A stretch of 64,000 nucleotides of DNA, from contig JBMFOT010000008.1 of NCBI GenBank assembly GCA_049969495.1, positions 2,136-66,135 on the forward strand, given 5' to 3'. Positions 40,270 to 52,825 of the stretch are shown one piece after another (within the stretch, counting starts at the first letter, position 1; the number at the start of each line of letters is the position of its first letter). A model generated the notes under the pieces. The model was not told the DNA's origin. It searched no databases and worked only from the letters and a program-made list of their open reading frames with translations. The position numbers were made by a program, and so were the translations under genes. This DNA is from Armatimonadota bacterium (lineage in GTDB: Bacteria > Armatimonadota > HRBIN16).

Positions 40270-42003
40270 GTGATGAAACTGCGCACAGGTCGCTGGATAT
40301 TCACTGCTATCCTCGCGCTCGTGCTGCTTCTGCAGGCTTCTGCGGGCGTGCTCATGCAAGGGTTCTATTGGGACGCCAGCACGGGTGGACGGGGCTCTTG
40401 GTGGACGCATCTGGCGAAACAAGCCAACAGCCTGCGCAAAGCGGGATTTACGGCGGTGTGGATACCTCCTGTGCTCAAAGGGGCATCCGGCGGCTACTCC
40501 AACGGCTACGACCCCTTCGATGACTACGATATCGGCAGTAAGAACCAGAAGGGTACGGTCGCTACCAGATGGGGTACCCGCGAAGAACTGCTAAGGGCGG
40601 TAGCGGTGATGCGTGCCAACGGGCTGGATGTGTACGTGGACATGGTGCTGAATCACCGCAACGGCGACGATGGGTACTGGAACTTCCGCTATAAAGATGC
40701 CTATGGCAACGACGGGCGAGGGCGCTTCCAGAAGGGCTACTTTGACTTCCATCCCAACTATCACAGCCAGTGCCCCAACGTGCCAGGGGAGTACTGGGGC
40801 TTCGGGCGTGACCTGTGCCACACGAACCCCTACGTGGCGGAAGGGCTGAAAGCTGCTGGAGACTGGTTGACGAAAGCGCTGGGCGTGCAGGGCTATCGCC
40901 TGGACAACGTGAAGGGCATCAGCTATACCTACCTGAAGGAGTATCTGGCATACGGCGCGATGGCGGGTAAGTTCGCGGTCGGAGAGTACTGGGATACCAA
41001 CCGCGATGCGCTGAACTGGTGGGCGAACACGGCGATGGGCGGGCGAGCGCATGTGTTCGACTTCGCTCTGCGCGAAGAGCTGAAAAACATGTGTAACTCT
41101 AGCGGCTTCTACGATATGCGGCGATTAGACCACGCCGGATTGGCAGGCATTGACCCGTGGAAAGCGGTGACCTTTGTGGAGAACCATGACACCGACCTCC
41201 ATGACCCTATCTACAAAAACAAGCATCTCGCCTACGCCTATATTTTGACCTCGGAAGGGTATCCCACGGTCTTCTGGAAGGACTACTACCAGTACGGTAT
41301 GAAACCCATCATCGACAACCTCATCTGGATACACGAACACATCGCCTACGGTACCACGCAAGAGCGGTGGAAAGATGAGGATGTTTTCGTGTATGAACGC
41401 ACAGGCGGGTACAAGCTGCTGGTTGGCTTGAATGACAACGAAATCGCCAGCAAAACGGTTACTGTGCAAACCGGCTTCGCCCCGTATACCCGCATCCACG
41501 ACTACACCGGCAACGCTCCCGACCGGGTTACTGACGCCTCTGGGCGGGTAACCATTACCATTCCGGCAAACGGGTACGTCGCCTACTCGGTGAGCGGCAT
41601 CACCGGAACCTTCCCGATACAGGAGCAGCCGGTCACGCAGGAGTTCGCAGGAGCTGTGGACCTGGACATCCCGCCCGCCGATAACACCCGCTTCGTGAAG
41701 GTGGGACGGATTTGCGTTGCCGCCCGCAAGCCTATCGTCGCGGAGCTGTACTGGGATGCCGGAAGCTGGACGGACGCCACGTCGATAGTGGTGGAACTGC
41801 GCACCGCCCGCGGACGGCTGATGCGCAGGCTAACCGTTACCCGCTCTACCCGACAAGGCGCCCCGCTGTCGTTTACCCCGTTCAACATCCGCGATTACGA
41901 ATACTACGAGTTTTTCGTTCGAAGTTACAACACGCCTCCACAGAACCCAAAGCCCAGTTACTGGCTAAAGGTCACCTATACCGCTCCCAAAACCCTGCGC
42001 TAA
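40270..42003 (+). CDS. Secreted alpha-amylase (GH13) with extra C-terminal domain
   Basis: GVLMQGFYW, GYRLDNVKG, VGEYW, FVENHDT, signal peptide. Confidence 0.92.
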   Translation: MMKLRTGRWIFTAILALVLLLQASAGVLMQGFYWDASTGGRGSWWTHLAKQANSLRKAGFTAVWIPPVLKGASGGYSNGYDPFDDYDIGSKNQKGTVATRWGTREELLRAVAVMRANGLDVYVDMVLNHRNGDDGYWNFRYKDAYGNDGRGRFQKGYFDFHPNYHSQCPNVPGEYWGFGRDLCHTNPYVAEGLKAAGDWLTKALGVQGYRLDNVKGISYTYLKEYLAYGAMAGKFAVGEYWDTNRDALNWWANTAMGGRAHVFDFALREELKNMCNSSGFYDMRRLDHAGLAGIDPWKAVTFVENHDTDLHDPIYKNKHLAYAYILTSEGYPTVFWKDYYQYGMKPIIDNLIWIHEHIAYGTTQERWKDEDVFVYERTGGYKLLVGLNDNEIASKTVTVQTGFAPYTRIHDYTGNAPDRVTDASGRVTITIPANGYVAYSVSGITGTFPIQEQPVTQEFAGAVDLDIPPADNTRFVKVGRICVAARKPIVAELYWDAGSWTDATSIVVELRTARGRLMRRLTVTRSTRQGAPLSFTPFNIRDYEYYEFFVRSYNTPPQNPKPSYWLKVTYTAPKTLR

Positions 42004-42051
42004 ACTTACCGCGCCAAACGTTGCCAGACGCCTTCCATGCGTGTAAAATAA

Positions 42052-43521
<1,470 letters not shown>

Positions 43522-43590
43522 GCGTCAAATGGCTAACCTCTCCCCAACAAGGCTTACTACACGACAATTTGGGGGCTAGGACAGGGAGGG

Positions 43591-43720
43591 TTGATTTGCG
43601 CCCCGATTTGTGGTAAACTGGCGTTGCGTCGCACGACGCTATCACACACCGCCCCGGACTCGTGCGCCGGTGTCCCGCCCGGGATCGCGCACGGGGAAGA
43701 TGGAGCGGGAGGCACAACCT
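43591..43720 (+). promoter_or_regulatory. rpsB promoter and S2 autoregulatory leader
   Basis: TTGATT-17-TAAACT with TGTG extension. Leader CACACAC...GC-rich stem...GGAGGCACAACC resembles rpsB leaders. Confidence 0.6.
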
Positions 43721-43744
43721 GAAGGCAAAGGAGGAAAGACGGAT

Positions 43745-44683
43745 TTGGCAACGGTTACCATGAAGGAGCTCCTGGAAGCGGGAGTACATTTCGGTCATCA
43801 CACCCGCCGCTGGAACCCCAAAATGAAGCGCTATATATATGGCGCACGAAACGGCATCTACATTATTGACCTGCACCAGACGCTTCAGCTGTTCGATCAG
43901 GCGCAGGCGTTTGTGCAGGAGGTGGTGCAGAACGGCGGGCACATTCTGTTCGTGGGTACGAAGAAGCAGGCGCAGGAAGCGGTGCGCGAAGCCGCCGAAC
44001 GCAGTCGGCAGTTCTACGTGAACAAGCGCTGGCTGGGCGGAATGCTCACTAACTGGAAGACCGTCCAGGAGCGCATCAAACGCCTCAACGAGCTCGAGAA
44101 GATGGAGGCGGACGGTGTGCTGGACCGCCTGCCCAAGAAGGAAGCGGCCAAACTGCGCGAGGAGAAGGAGAAGCTCAACTCCGTGCTGGCGGGTATCAAA
44201 GAGATGCCCGGCTTGCCGCACGCGGTGTTTATCGTGGACATCAAGAAGGAACACATCGCCGTGCAGGAGGCGCACCGATTGGAAATCCCCATCATCGCTA
44301 TCGTAGACACCAACTGCGACCCCGATGAGGTAGATTACGTCATCCCGGGCAACGATGACGCCATCCGCGCCATTAAACTGCTGTGTCACCGCATCGCCGA
44401 TGCCATTGTGGAGGTGAAAGCGGTCGAGTGGCAGGGTGCAGAGGTTGTGGAAACAGCCGAGGAAGTGGAAGCGGAGGGCGAAGAGAAGCCCGAGGAGGGC
44501 GAGATCCTGCCGGAGGAGGAAGAGATAGCTGCCGGTGAACCTGTAGCGGCTGGAGAAGAAGCGGTAGATATTCTGGTGCGCCCAGACGTGGAGGACGAAT
44601 ACTCCAGAATGTACGAAGAGTACAGCGAGTTCGAGGAGGAAGAGTCCGAGCGTCAGCGCATACGACGAGTACAGGAGGAATAG
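43745..44683 (+). CDS. rpsB: 30S ribosomal protein S2 with long acidic tail
   Basis: [37 protein letters not shown] start after GGAGGA. Confidence 0.97.
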   Translation: MATVTMKELLEAGVHFGHHTRRWNPKMKRYIYGARNGIYIIDLHQTLQLFDQAQAFVQEVVQNGGHILFVGTKKQAQEAVREAAERSRQFYVNKRWLGGMLTNWKTVQERIKRLNELEKMEADGVLDRLPKKEAAKLREEKEKLNSVLAGIKEMPGLPHAVFIVDIKKEHIAVQEAHRLEIPIIAIVDTNCDPDEVDYVIPGNDDAIRAIKLLCHRIADAIVEVKAVEWQGAEVVETAEEVEAEGEEKPEEGEILPEEEEIAAGEPVAAGEEAVDILVRPDVEDEYSRMYEEYSEFEEEESERQRIRRVQEE

Positions 44684-44689
44684 GTATCG

Positions 44690-45583
44690 GTGGAAATCAC
44701 AGCACAGATGGTCAAAGAGCTGCGCGACCAGACCGGCGCAGGCATGATGGAATGCAAGCAGGCGCTGATTGAGGCACAGGGCGATATGGAGCGTGCCCGG
44801 TTGATTCTGCGCGAGAAGGGTGCGGCGGCGGCGGTCAAGCGTGAGTCGCGTCAGGCGTCGGAGGGCGTGGTGGTTTCCGCTATTGCTCCAGACCACCGTT
44901 TCGCCGCGCTACTGGAACTCAACGCCGAGACCGATTTTGTCGCTCGTAACGAGGAGTTCCAGTCACTGGCGAAGGAACTGGTACAGCAGCTGGTAGACAC
45001 CGGCTTCGAGGGCACACTGGAAGAGTTCCTGCAGCAGCCCAGTCAATCTGCTCCCGACCGCACTGTGCGTCAGCGCGTGGAGGACCTGGTGGCGCGTATC
45101 CGTGAAAAGATAGTTATCGGGCGCATCGCCACCTTCAGCACCGATAGCACCGGCTGCGTGGATACGTATATCCACCTCGGCGGCAAAATCGGCGTGATGG
45201 TGGAGTTAAAGGCGGCTACCGAAGCGGGCGCCCAGCATCCCGAGACACTGCGTTTGGCACGCGAACTGGGGATGCAAATCGCCTTCGGCAACCCCGGCTA
45301 CCTGACCCGCGACCAGGTGCCTCAGCAGCTGATAGAAGAGGAGCGCGAGGTGCAGCGCCAGCGCGCCCTCAATGAAGGCAAACCCGCTCAGGCGATAGAT
45401 AGAATCGTGGAAGGACGACTCGGCAAGTTCTTCGAGCAAATCTGCCTGCTGGACCAGGGCTACATTCGCGATGAGAAGAAGTCGGTCAAGCAGGTGATAG
45501 AAGAGTTCTCCAAGACGGTTGGCGAACCGTTGACGGTAAGTCGGTTCATCCGTTTCCGTGTTGGGGAGAACAGTGGGGCGTAA
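44690..45583 (+). CDS. tsf: Elongation factor Ts
   Basis: VKELRDQTGAGMMECK, ETDFVARN. Confidence 0.97.
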   Translation: MEITAQMVKELRDQTGAGMMECKQALIEAQGDMERARLILREKGAAAAVKRESRQASEGVVVSAIAPDHRFAALLELNAETDFVARNEEFQSLAKELVQQLVDTGFEGTLEEFLQQPSQSAPDRTVRQRVEDLVARIREKIVIGRIATFSTDSTGCVDTYIHLGGKIGVMVELKAATEAGAQHPETLRLARELGMQIAFGNPGYLTRDQVPQQLIEEEREVQRQRALNEGKPAQAIDRIVEGRLGKFFEQICLLDQGYIRDEKKSVKQVIEEFSKTVGEPLTVSRFIRFRVGENSGA

Positions 45584-46881
<1,298 letters not shown>

Positions 46882-46906
46882 GCGGAGCGAAGCTCCGGTG
46901 GGATGC

Positions 46907-47698
46907 ATGGAAACCCTCCCCCTACAGGCTCACATCGACGAGACCGCACCCGCTGTAGCGAAAGCGCGGGAGGCAGGCGTGGACTTTTCGCGCCTGCCTC
47001 AACATATTGCCATTATCATGGACGGCAACGGGCGATGGGCACTTCAGCGCGGGTTGCCGCGCCTGGTGGGACACCGGCAGGGCTATCGGACGGTGCGCCG
47101 CGTGGTGAAAGACTGCGCCGACCTCGGTGTGAAGATGGTCACGCTGTACACCTTCAGCACCGAGAACTGGCGTCGCCCGCCCGATGAGACCAGCGGTTTG
47201 ATGGCTCTGATTGAGGAGGCGGCGCGCCAGGAGCTGCGCCAGATGGTCATCAACGGCATTCAGGTGCGTGTCATCGGACGAATGCATGAACTGCCTGCCA
47301 GCCTTCAGGAGGAGCTGCGTCGAGGGATGGAGATCACCGCTCAGAATAGCCGCCTCATCCTCAACCTCGCCATCAACTACGGTGGACGGGCGGAGATTGT
47401 GGACGCGGTACGCGCCATCGCGCAGCGTGTCCGGCAGGGCGACCTGCAACCGGAAGAGATTGACGAGTCCACCGTGCGCGCACACCTCTACGCGCCGGAT
47501 ATGCCCGACCCGGACCTGCTTATCCGCACCGCAGGCGAAATGCGCGTGAGCAACTTTCTCGTGTGGCAGACCGCCTACTCGGAGCTGTGGGTAACGCCCA
47601 CCCTCTGGCCAGACTTCCGCACCGAGCACCTGATTGAGGCCATCCTCAGCTATCAGCAGCGCGTGCGAAAGTTCGGCGGCATCCTAGATGAGGAATGA
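46907..47698 (+). CDS. uppS: Undecaprenyl diphosphate synthase
   Basis: IMDGNGRWA, FSTENW.RP, NYGGR, RVSNFL. Confidence 0.96.
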   Translation: METLPLQAHIDETAPAVAKAREAGVDFSRLPQHIAIIMDGNGRWALQRGLPRLVGHRQGYRTVRRVVKDCADLGVKMVTLYTFSTENWRRPPDETSGLMALIEEAARQELRQMVINGIQVRVIGRMHELPASLQEELRRGMEITAQNSRLILNLAINYGGRAEIVDAVRAIAQRVRQGDLQPEEIDESTVRAHLYAPDMPDPDLLIRTAGEMRVSNFLVWQTAYSELWVTPTLWPDFRTEHLIEAILSYQQRVRKFGGILDEE

Positions 47699-48837
47699 AA
47701 CGCATCGCCGTTCTCGGAAGTACAGGCTCTATCGGCACGCAGTGTCTGGATGTGGCGGCACGTTTGTCCGACCGCATTCAGGTGGTCGCTCTTGCCGCAC
47801 ATCATGACCATGACCGTTTATGGCAGCAGGCTCAGCGGTTTGGCGTGCGGCACGTTGCCCTTGTAGACGAGGTCGCTTCTGCCCTCTTGCGCGAGCGTCA
47901 GCCCGACTGGCATGTTTACTCCGGCGATGAAGGTTTACAGGCGGTAGCTACCCTGCCCGAGGTGGACATGGTAGTGGTCGGAGTGGCGGGCGTTTGCGGG
48001 CTGGCGGCGACGGTGGCTGCACTGAGGGCGGGCAAAAGCATCGCGCTGGCAAGCAAAGAGGTGCTCGTTGCCGCCGGGGAGAGCGTGATGTCGCTGGCGA
48101 AGCAGCAGGGGGCTCCGGTGGTGCCCATCGACAGCGAGCATTCTGCCGTTTTTCAATGCTTGCAGGGTGAACACCCCGACGCGGTGCGCCGAATCTTGCT
48201 GACCGCCTCCGGCGGCGCGTTGCGCGATGTGCCGCTGGAAGAACTGCCTTTTGTGACCCCCGAGCGGGCTCTGCAACATCCAACCTGGCGCATGGGCGCG
48301 AAAATCACCATCGACAGCGCCACGCTGATGAACAAGGGATTAGAGATTATCGAGGCACACTGGCTCTTCGGCGTGCCCGCAGAACAGATAGAGGTGATAC
48401 TGCATCCCCAGAGCATCGTGCACGCGCTGGTGGAGATGTGTGACGGTTCGGTGCTGGCGCAGCTGGGCTTGCCGGATATGCGCCTGCCTATTCAGTACGC
48501 CCTGCTCTATCCCGAACGGGTGGATACTGCCTTGCCTCGTTTGAACCTGACCCAGACGGGCGCACTCACCTTCTCAGCACCCGACCCGCGCCGTTACCCC
48601 GCCCTGCAGGTGGCCCGCGATGCACTGGCTGCCGGCGGAACCATGCCCGCTGCGATGAACGCCGCCAACGAGGTAGCAGTCGCCCGTTTTCTCAAAGGCG
48701 AGATTCGCTTCACCGACATCGTGCGGTGCGTGCGGGATGTCATGGAGAAACACCAACCGCAACCCGCTACGTTGGAGGCGGTGCAGACTGTGGATTCATG
48801 GGCAAGGGAACAAGCGCACCTCTGGAAGAGTCCATAA
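47695..48837 (+). CDS. dxr: 1-deoxy-D-xylulose 5-phosphate reductoisomerase
   Basis: LGSTGSIG, PIDSEH, HPTWRMG, NAANE. Confidence 0.97.
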   Translation: MKRIAVLGSTGSIGTQCLDVAARLSDRIQVVALAAHHDHDRLWQQAQRFGVRHVALVDEVASALLRERQPDWHVYSGDEGLQAVATLPEVDMVVVGVAGVCGLAATVAALRAGKSIALASKEVLVAAGESVMSLAKQQGAPVVPIDSEHSAVFQCLQGEHPDAVRRILLTASGGALRDVPLEELPFVTPERALQHPTWRMGAKITIDSATLMNKGLEIIEAHWLFGVPAEQIEVILHPQSIVHALVEMCDGSVLAQLGLPDMRLPIQYALLYPERVDTALPRLNLTQTGALTFSAPDPRRYPALQVARDALAAGGTMPAAMNAANEVAVARFLKGEIRFTDIVRCVRDVMEKHQPQPATLEAVQTVDSWAREQAHLWKSP

Positions 48838-48963
48838 AAACCGGTGTATTTTGTAGCGAATCGGAAACGTGCAACAGGTATAATTAACGTAAAGGATAAG
48901 TAAGGGCAGCCCGGTTTGCCGTGAATCGTCACCGACGAGGAGGTTCCACCTTTGGAATACCAG

Positions 48964-50040
48964 ATGGTACAAACGCTTTTCTATTTTCTGCTCACCATCG
49001 GTGTGCTGGTAGTGGCACACGAGTTCGGTCATTTTATCGTCGCGAAATGGTGTGGGATGCGTGTGGAAGAGTTCGCCTTTGGCTTCGGGCCCAAGTGGAT
49101 TGTGCTGGCGCGAAAAGGGGACACCGAGTATACCATCCGCCCCTTCCCACTAGGCGGATTTGTACGCATCGCCGGGATGGAGTCGCACGATGAGGACAAC
49201 CCCCCGCCCGGAACCTTCTTCTCGAAACCGATATGGCAGCGTAATGCGGTGGTGCTCGCCGGACCTATCATGAGCCTGTTACTGGGCTACGTGATTTTCT
49301 CCATTATGGGCATGACCGTCGGACTGGACATCGGCAAGCCGATGAACCGTGTGGCGCAAGTACTGCCCGGTACCGAAGCGGAGCGTATGGGGTTGAAGAT
49401 GGGCGACGTGATTGTGGAGATTAACAAAGAACCCATCCGCGACGGCGAGCACATGATGAAGGTGATTCACGGCAGCGCAGGCAAGCGACTGTTCATCCGC
49501 GTAAAGCGTGACGGCGAATTCGTTCTGCTCAGCGGTGTGCCTAAAGAGTATGAGGTCGAAGAGGTTCAGAACGGCAAGAAGGTGATGAAAAAGGAGGGGC
49601 GACTGGGGTTCATCCCTGCCCAGCAAGTGAAGCGACTGTCGCCGTGGGAATCGCTGGTGGTGGGTACGCGCATCACTATAAACCTCATCATGGCTATTCC
49701 TGAGCACCTGTTTACCAAAAAAGTGAAGGACAATGTGGGTGGTCCGGTAGCCATTGTGCAGATGACGCACGTTGCGGCTAAAGAGGGATTGCATCGGGTG
49801 CTGAGCTTTATGGCGGCGCTGAGTATCAGCCTGGGGATTCTGAACCTCTTTCCCATCCCGATTCTGGACGGTGGACATCTGTTGCTCTATTTCATCGAGT
49901 GGCTACGAAGAGGGCGTCGCCTCACTGCGAAACAGCAGATGGCGGTGCAGATGGTGGGGCTGGCGATACTACTCTCCATCCTCGTGCTGGTAACCGCTAA
50001 CGACATCACCCGCCTGATAGCAGGGAAGATGCCTCAGTAG
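48964..50040 (+). CDS. rseP: RseP-like M50 intramembrane metalloprotease with PDZ domain
   Basis: HEFGH, GFGP, PLGGFV, NLFPIPILDGG. Confidence 0.92.
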   Translation: MVQTLFYFLLTIGVLVVAHEFGHFIVAKWCGMRVEEFAFGFGPKWIVLARKGDTEYTIRPFPLGGFVRIAGMESHDEDNPPPGTFFSKPIWQRNAVVLAGPIMSLLLGYVIFSIMGMTVGLDIGKPMNRVAQVLPGTEAERMGLKMGDVIVEINKEPIRDGEHMMKVIHGSAGKRLFIRVKRDGEFVLLSGVPKEYEVEEVQNGKKVMKKEGRLGFIPAQQVKRLSPWESLVVGTRITINLIMAIPEHLFTKKVKDNVGGPVAIVQMTHVAAKEGLHRVLSFMAALSISLGILNLFPIPILDGGHLLLYFIEWLRRGRRLTAKQQMAVQMVGLAILLSILVLVTANDITRLIAGKMPQ

Positions 50041-50056
50041 GTGTAAACACCACAGT

Positions 50057-50533
50057 ATGAGTGTTACTGTTCGGAAGGCGCGCACAGCGGACGTTCCGGC
50101 GATGCAGCGCCTTGTCAACTTTTTTGCCGACCGCGGGGATATGCTTCACCGCTCGCTGGCGCAGTTCTATGAAAACCTGCGCGACTTCTTCGTGGCGGAG
50201 GAAGATGGCAGAGTGGTGGGGTGCGTTGCACTGCATGTGGTGTGGCGCGACCTCGCGGAGATTAAATCGCTTGCCGTCGCCGAGGAGGCGCAGGGCAGAG
50301 GCTACGGGAAACGACTCGTACTGGAGTGCTTGCGCGAGGCTCCCAGCTTGGGTGTGGAACGGGTATTTGCCCTTACCTATAAGCCGCAGTTTTTCGAGAG
50401 GCTGGGCTTCCGCGTGTGTGACCGCGCCGAACTGCCCCGCAAGGTGTGGACAGAATGCGTGCACTGCCCCAAGTTCTACGATTGTCAGGAAGTGGCGGTA
50501 ATCATTGAGGTGCAATCACAGGAAGAGCAGTAG
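50057..50533 (+). CDS. GNAT N-acetyltransferase (short ArgA-like)
   Basis: LAEIKSLAV..QGRGYG, FALTY..FF, LPRKVWTECVHCPKF. Confidence 0.85.
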   Translation: MSVTVRKARTADVPAMQRLVNFFADRGDMLHRSLAQFYENLRDFFVAEEDGRVVGCVALHVVWRDLAEIKSLAVAEEAQGRGYGKRLVLECLREAPSLGVERVFALTYKPQFFERLGFRVCDRAELPRKVWTECVHCPKFYDCQEVAVIIEVQSQEEQ

Positions 50534-50649
50534 CGGGTCAAGTGTGAGCCTTCGCGTTCTTCCCCGATGGGGCGGGCGAATCGGTGGCGTTCGTCGTAAC
50601 GGCGATGTCTGCGGTGAATCTGCTGGGCGCTACGGTAGAATGGTTTTGG

Positions 50650-50697
50650 GCGTCTGTCATCAGACGCAGGCAAAGCCCGGCGTGAACGCCAAGGCTA
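50650..50697. repeat. Hairpin plus REP-like imperfect palindrome between convergent genes
   Basis: GCGTCTG-tcat-CAGACGC and AGCCCGGCGTGAACGCCAAGGCT. Confidence 0.4.
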
Positions 50698-50702
50698 TTT
50701 CT

Positions 50703-52724
50703 TCATTGCCAGAACTGATACGTGGGCACATCGTAGAGTATACCCACAATGTTGGCGAGACTGCCTATCACAAACTGCCCCAGTATCAGTCCGAAGAAAA
50801 AGGGCAGGGAACGCCGATACAGCCTCAACCCGCCGTAGCGCAGAAGCAATATCTTCACCAGCCACGCGATGAGCAAGGGCATCCACACCAGATTCATCTC
50901 CCAGCTGCCGCTCACTGCAAAGCCTAACGGGTGGAAGGGCCACCAGGTAAAACGCGTGCGCATCCACTGCAGGAAAAAGGAAATCAGCAACCCCACGCCG
51001 ATAGCCAGCGTGGCGGTGATATTGGCATCGGTAGGCATCTGCAGCCATGTGCTCAGGCGGGTGTAGGATTCGCCGCCGAACGAGGCGCGCGATTTGCTCA
51101 CCGCCCCGTAGTCGTAGTTCAGGTGGAGCATCGCCCAGAACGCCGCCAGCGAGCCGATAACGCCCGCAAACATTATTCCCCAGTACCAGCCGCGTAGGTT
51201 GGAGCGAGTCTGCTCTGCCAGCTTGAACGCCTCCAGCTGATGGGGCATAGGGTGGCTGCGGTAGGCACGGTTCATGGTGTACAGCAGCGACATGGCGGTT
51301 AAATCCGAATTGCTGAACTGCCGCGTGCCGAACACCTCGGGCAGGATGGAGTCGGGACCGGTGAAGTGCAGGTCGTGCACCGGCGTGCCGAACTCCGCCC
51401 TCATGCGCGTGATGGCGACGGCAAGCACGAAGTAAATCGCGAAAAAGGCAACGCCCCAACCCCAGTTCATGCCCAGCAGTTCGCCGAAGTACACCAGAAA
51501 CGCCATGCCCGCGAGGATGCCCAGCACCGCCCAGCGATAGCGGATAGGCTCATCCGAGTCGTCCACGGAGGAGGGCAATCCCACCGCCCGCCGCAGCACC
51601 TCACGCAGGTAGCCGCGACTGAGCCACACACTGAACAGGAAGAACATCAGGTATGCGCCGAAACACTGGTTGTTATCATAGGGGAAGCGCGGATCGCGGT
51701 CCCATGCCATCGCCACCGACAACACTCTTTCCATTTTCCACACGATATAGAAAAACCAGCAGGAGAACAGAAAGTCCACCGGCAACAACATGCCAAACCC
51801 TACCATGAACGGGTACCACGAAATGGGCGTCCAGCCGATAGCGTTCCACGGTTTCTCGGTAACCAGCGGACCGAGGTCAAAGTAGCTCAGGTCGCCCATG
51901 CCCGGGCTGAGCACACGCGGCACGGAGGGAAACCAGAGGTGCAGGATGTTCAGCGTGTCTGCAGTGCCAGCCAGCAGGAAAGCGAACCAGAACAGGCGAT
52001 TCCGGAAAACGGACGGCACGCGCCCCTGCTCTACCCCTTCGGTAATCACCAGAGGCAGGGCGATGACAGGATAGGTCAGGCGTTCCCGGTGCGTCCATTG
52101 CTTGCGCAGCAACACATTGATACACAGCATCACGAACAACAGGACACATAAGAAAAGGCTCCACATCAGCACCGGTATCGCCCAGCCGAGGATATACTGC
52201 GTGCGGTAGAAGGTGTCGTTGCCTTGGAAGTAGCCCATGTACACCTTCGGGTCGGAAACCATCAACCACTTTGGCAGGTACTGAAAGAACAGCTCCTGCC
52301 AGCGGTTCGAGGAATCGGCGAAGCGAAAGGGCCAGGCAAGAGTGGGCGTGAGCACCTGCACCATATCGTGTCCACACAAGGCGGAGCCCAGTGCGAGCAT
52401 CATGTATATCGCCATCAGCTCCGCTTGCGTGAGCGACCAGCGAGGCCGGATTCGCGCCAGTAACAGATTCAACACCGCCAGCACGAGGATGATAAAGATG
52501 ACGTTGAAGAAGAGCGAAATGGTGGTAGGATGCGCGGAGTAGCGGATAATCTCCATCTGCACCACCCAGTAAGCGTTGAGCGGAACCAGCACCGTGCCCA
52601 GCAACAGGGAACGCCAGGTCACCGCCCGCCCGGTCCATCGGTGGGCAGCCTGCCGCTCCGCTTCTTTGGTCTGGATGGCTTCTACAGTGTCCACGCTTGC
52701 CAATCGCACTGCCCCCTGCTGCAT
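50703..52724 (-). CDS. DUF6785/DUF6784-like polytopic membrane protein, paralog 2
   Basis: QW..RERLTYP, PWNAIG, RMRAEFG, HPMPHQLE, WPFHPLGF, RYGGLRLY. Confidence 0.75.
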   Translation of the reverse strand: MQQGAVRLASVDTVEAIQTKEAERQAAHRWTGRAVTWRSLLLGTVLVPLNAYWVVQMEIIRYSAHPTTISLFFNVIFIILVLAVLNLLLARIRPRWSLTQAELMAIYMMLALGSALCGHDMVQVLTPTLAWPFRFADSSNRWQELFFQYLPKWLMVSDPKVYMGYFQGNDTFYRTQYILGWAIPVLMWSLFLCVLLFVMLCINVLLRKQWTHRERLTYPVIALPLVITEGVEQGRVPSVFRNRLFWFAFLLAGTADTLNILHLWFPSVPRVLSPGMGDLSYFDLGPLVTEKPWNAIGWTPISWYPFMVGFGMLLPVDFLFSCWFFYIVWKMERVLSVAMAWDRDPRFPYDNNQCFGAYLMFFLFSVWLSRGYLREVLRRAVGLPSSVDDSDEPIRYRWAVLGILAGMAFLVYFGELLGMNWGWGVAFFAIYFVLAVAITRMRAEFGTPVHDLHFTGPDSILPEVFGTRQFSNSDLTAMSLLYTMNRAYRSHPMPHQLEAFKLAEQTRSNLRGWYWGIMFAGVIGSLAAFWAMLHLNYDYGAVSKSRASFGGESYTRLSTWLQMPTDANITATLAIGVGLLISFFLQWMRTRFTWWPFHPLGFAVSGSWEMNLVWMPLLIAWLVKILLLRYGGLRLYRRSLPFFFGLILGQFVIGSLANIVGILYDVPTYQFWQ

Positions 52725-52825
52725 TAGCCTCAGTCTTCTCTCCACGCTCCACAAAATCCTTCGGCAGGAGGTGAACTGCTCGTCCGCGAAAACCCTTCTG
52801 GAAATCAAGAAGCAGGAGATGGATC

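Noticed and set aside
47690-47700. cdsA absent between uppS and dxr (and rsmD absent between recG and coaD)
   Set aside because: The flanking genes overlap or abut cleanly, which fits ordinary gene-order variation.
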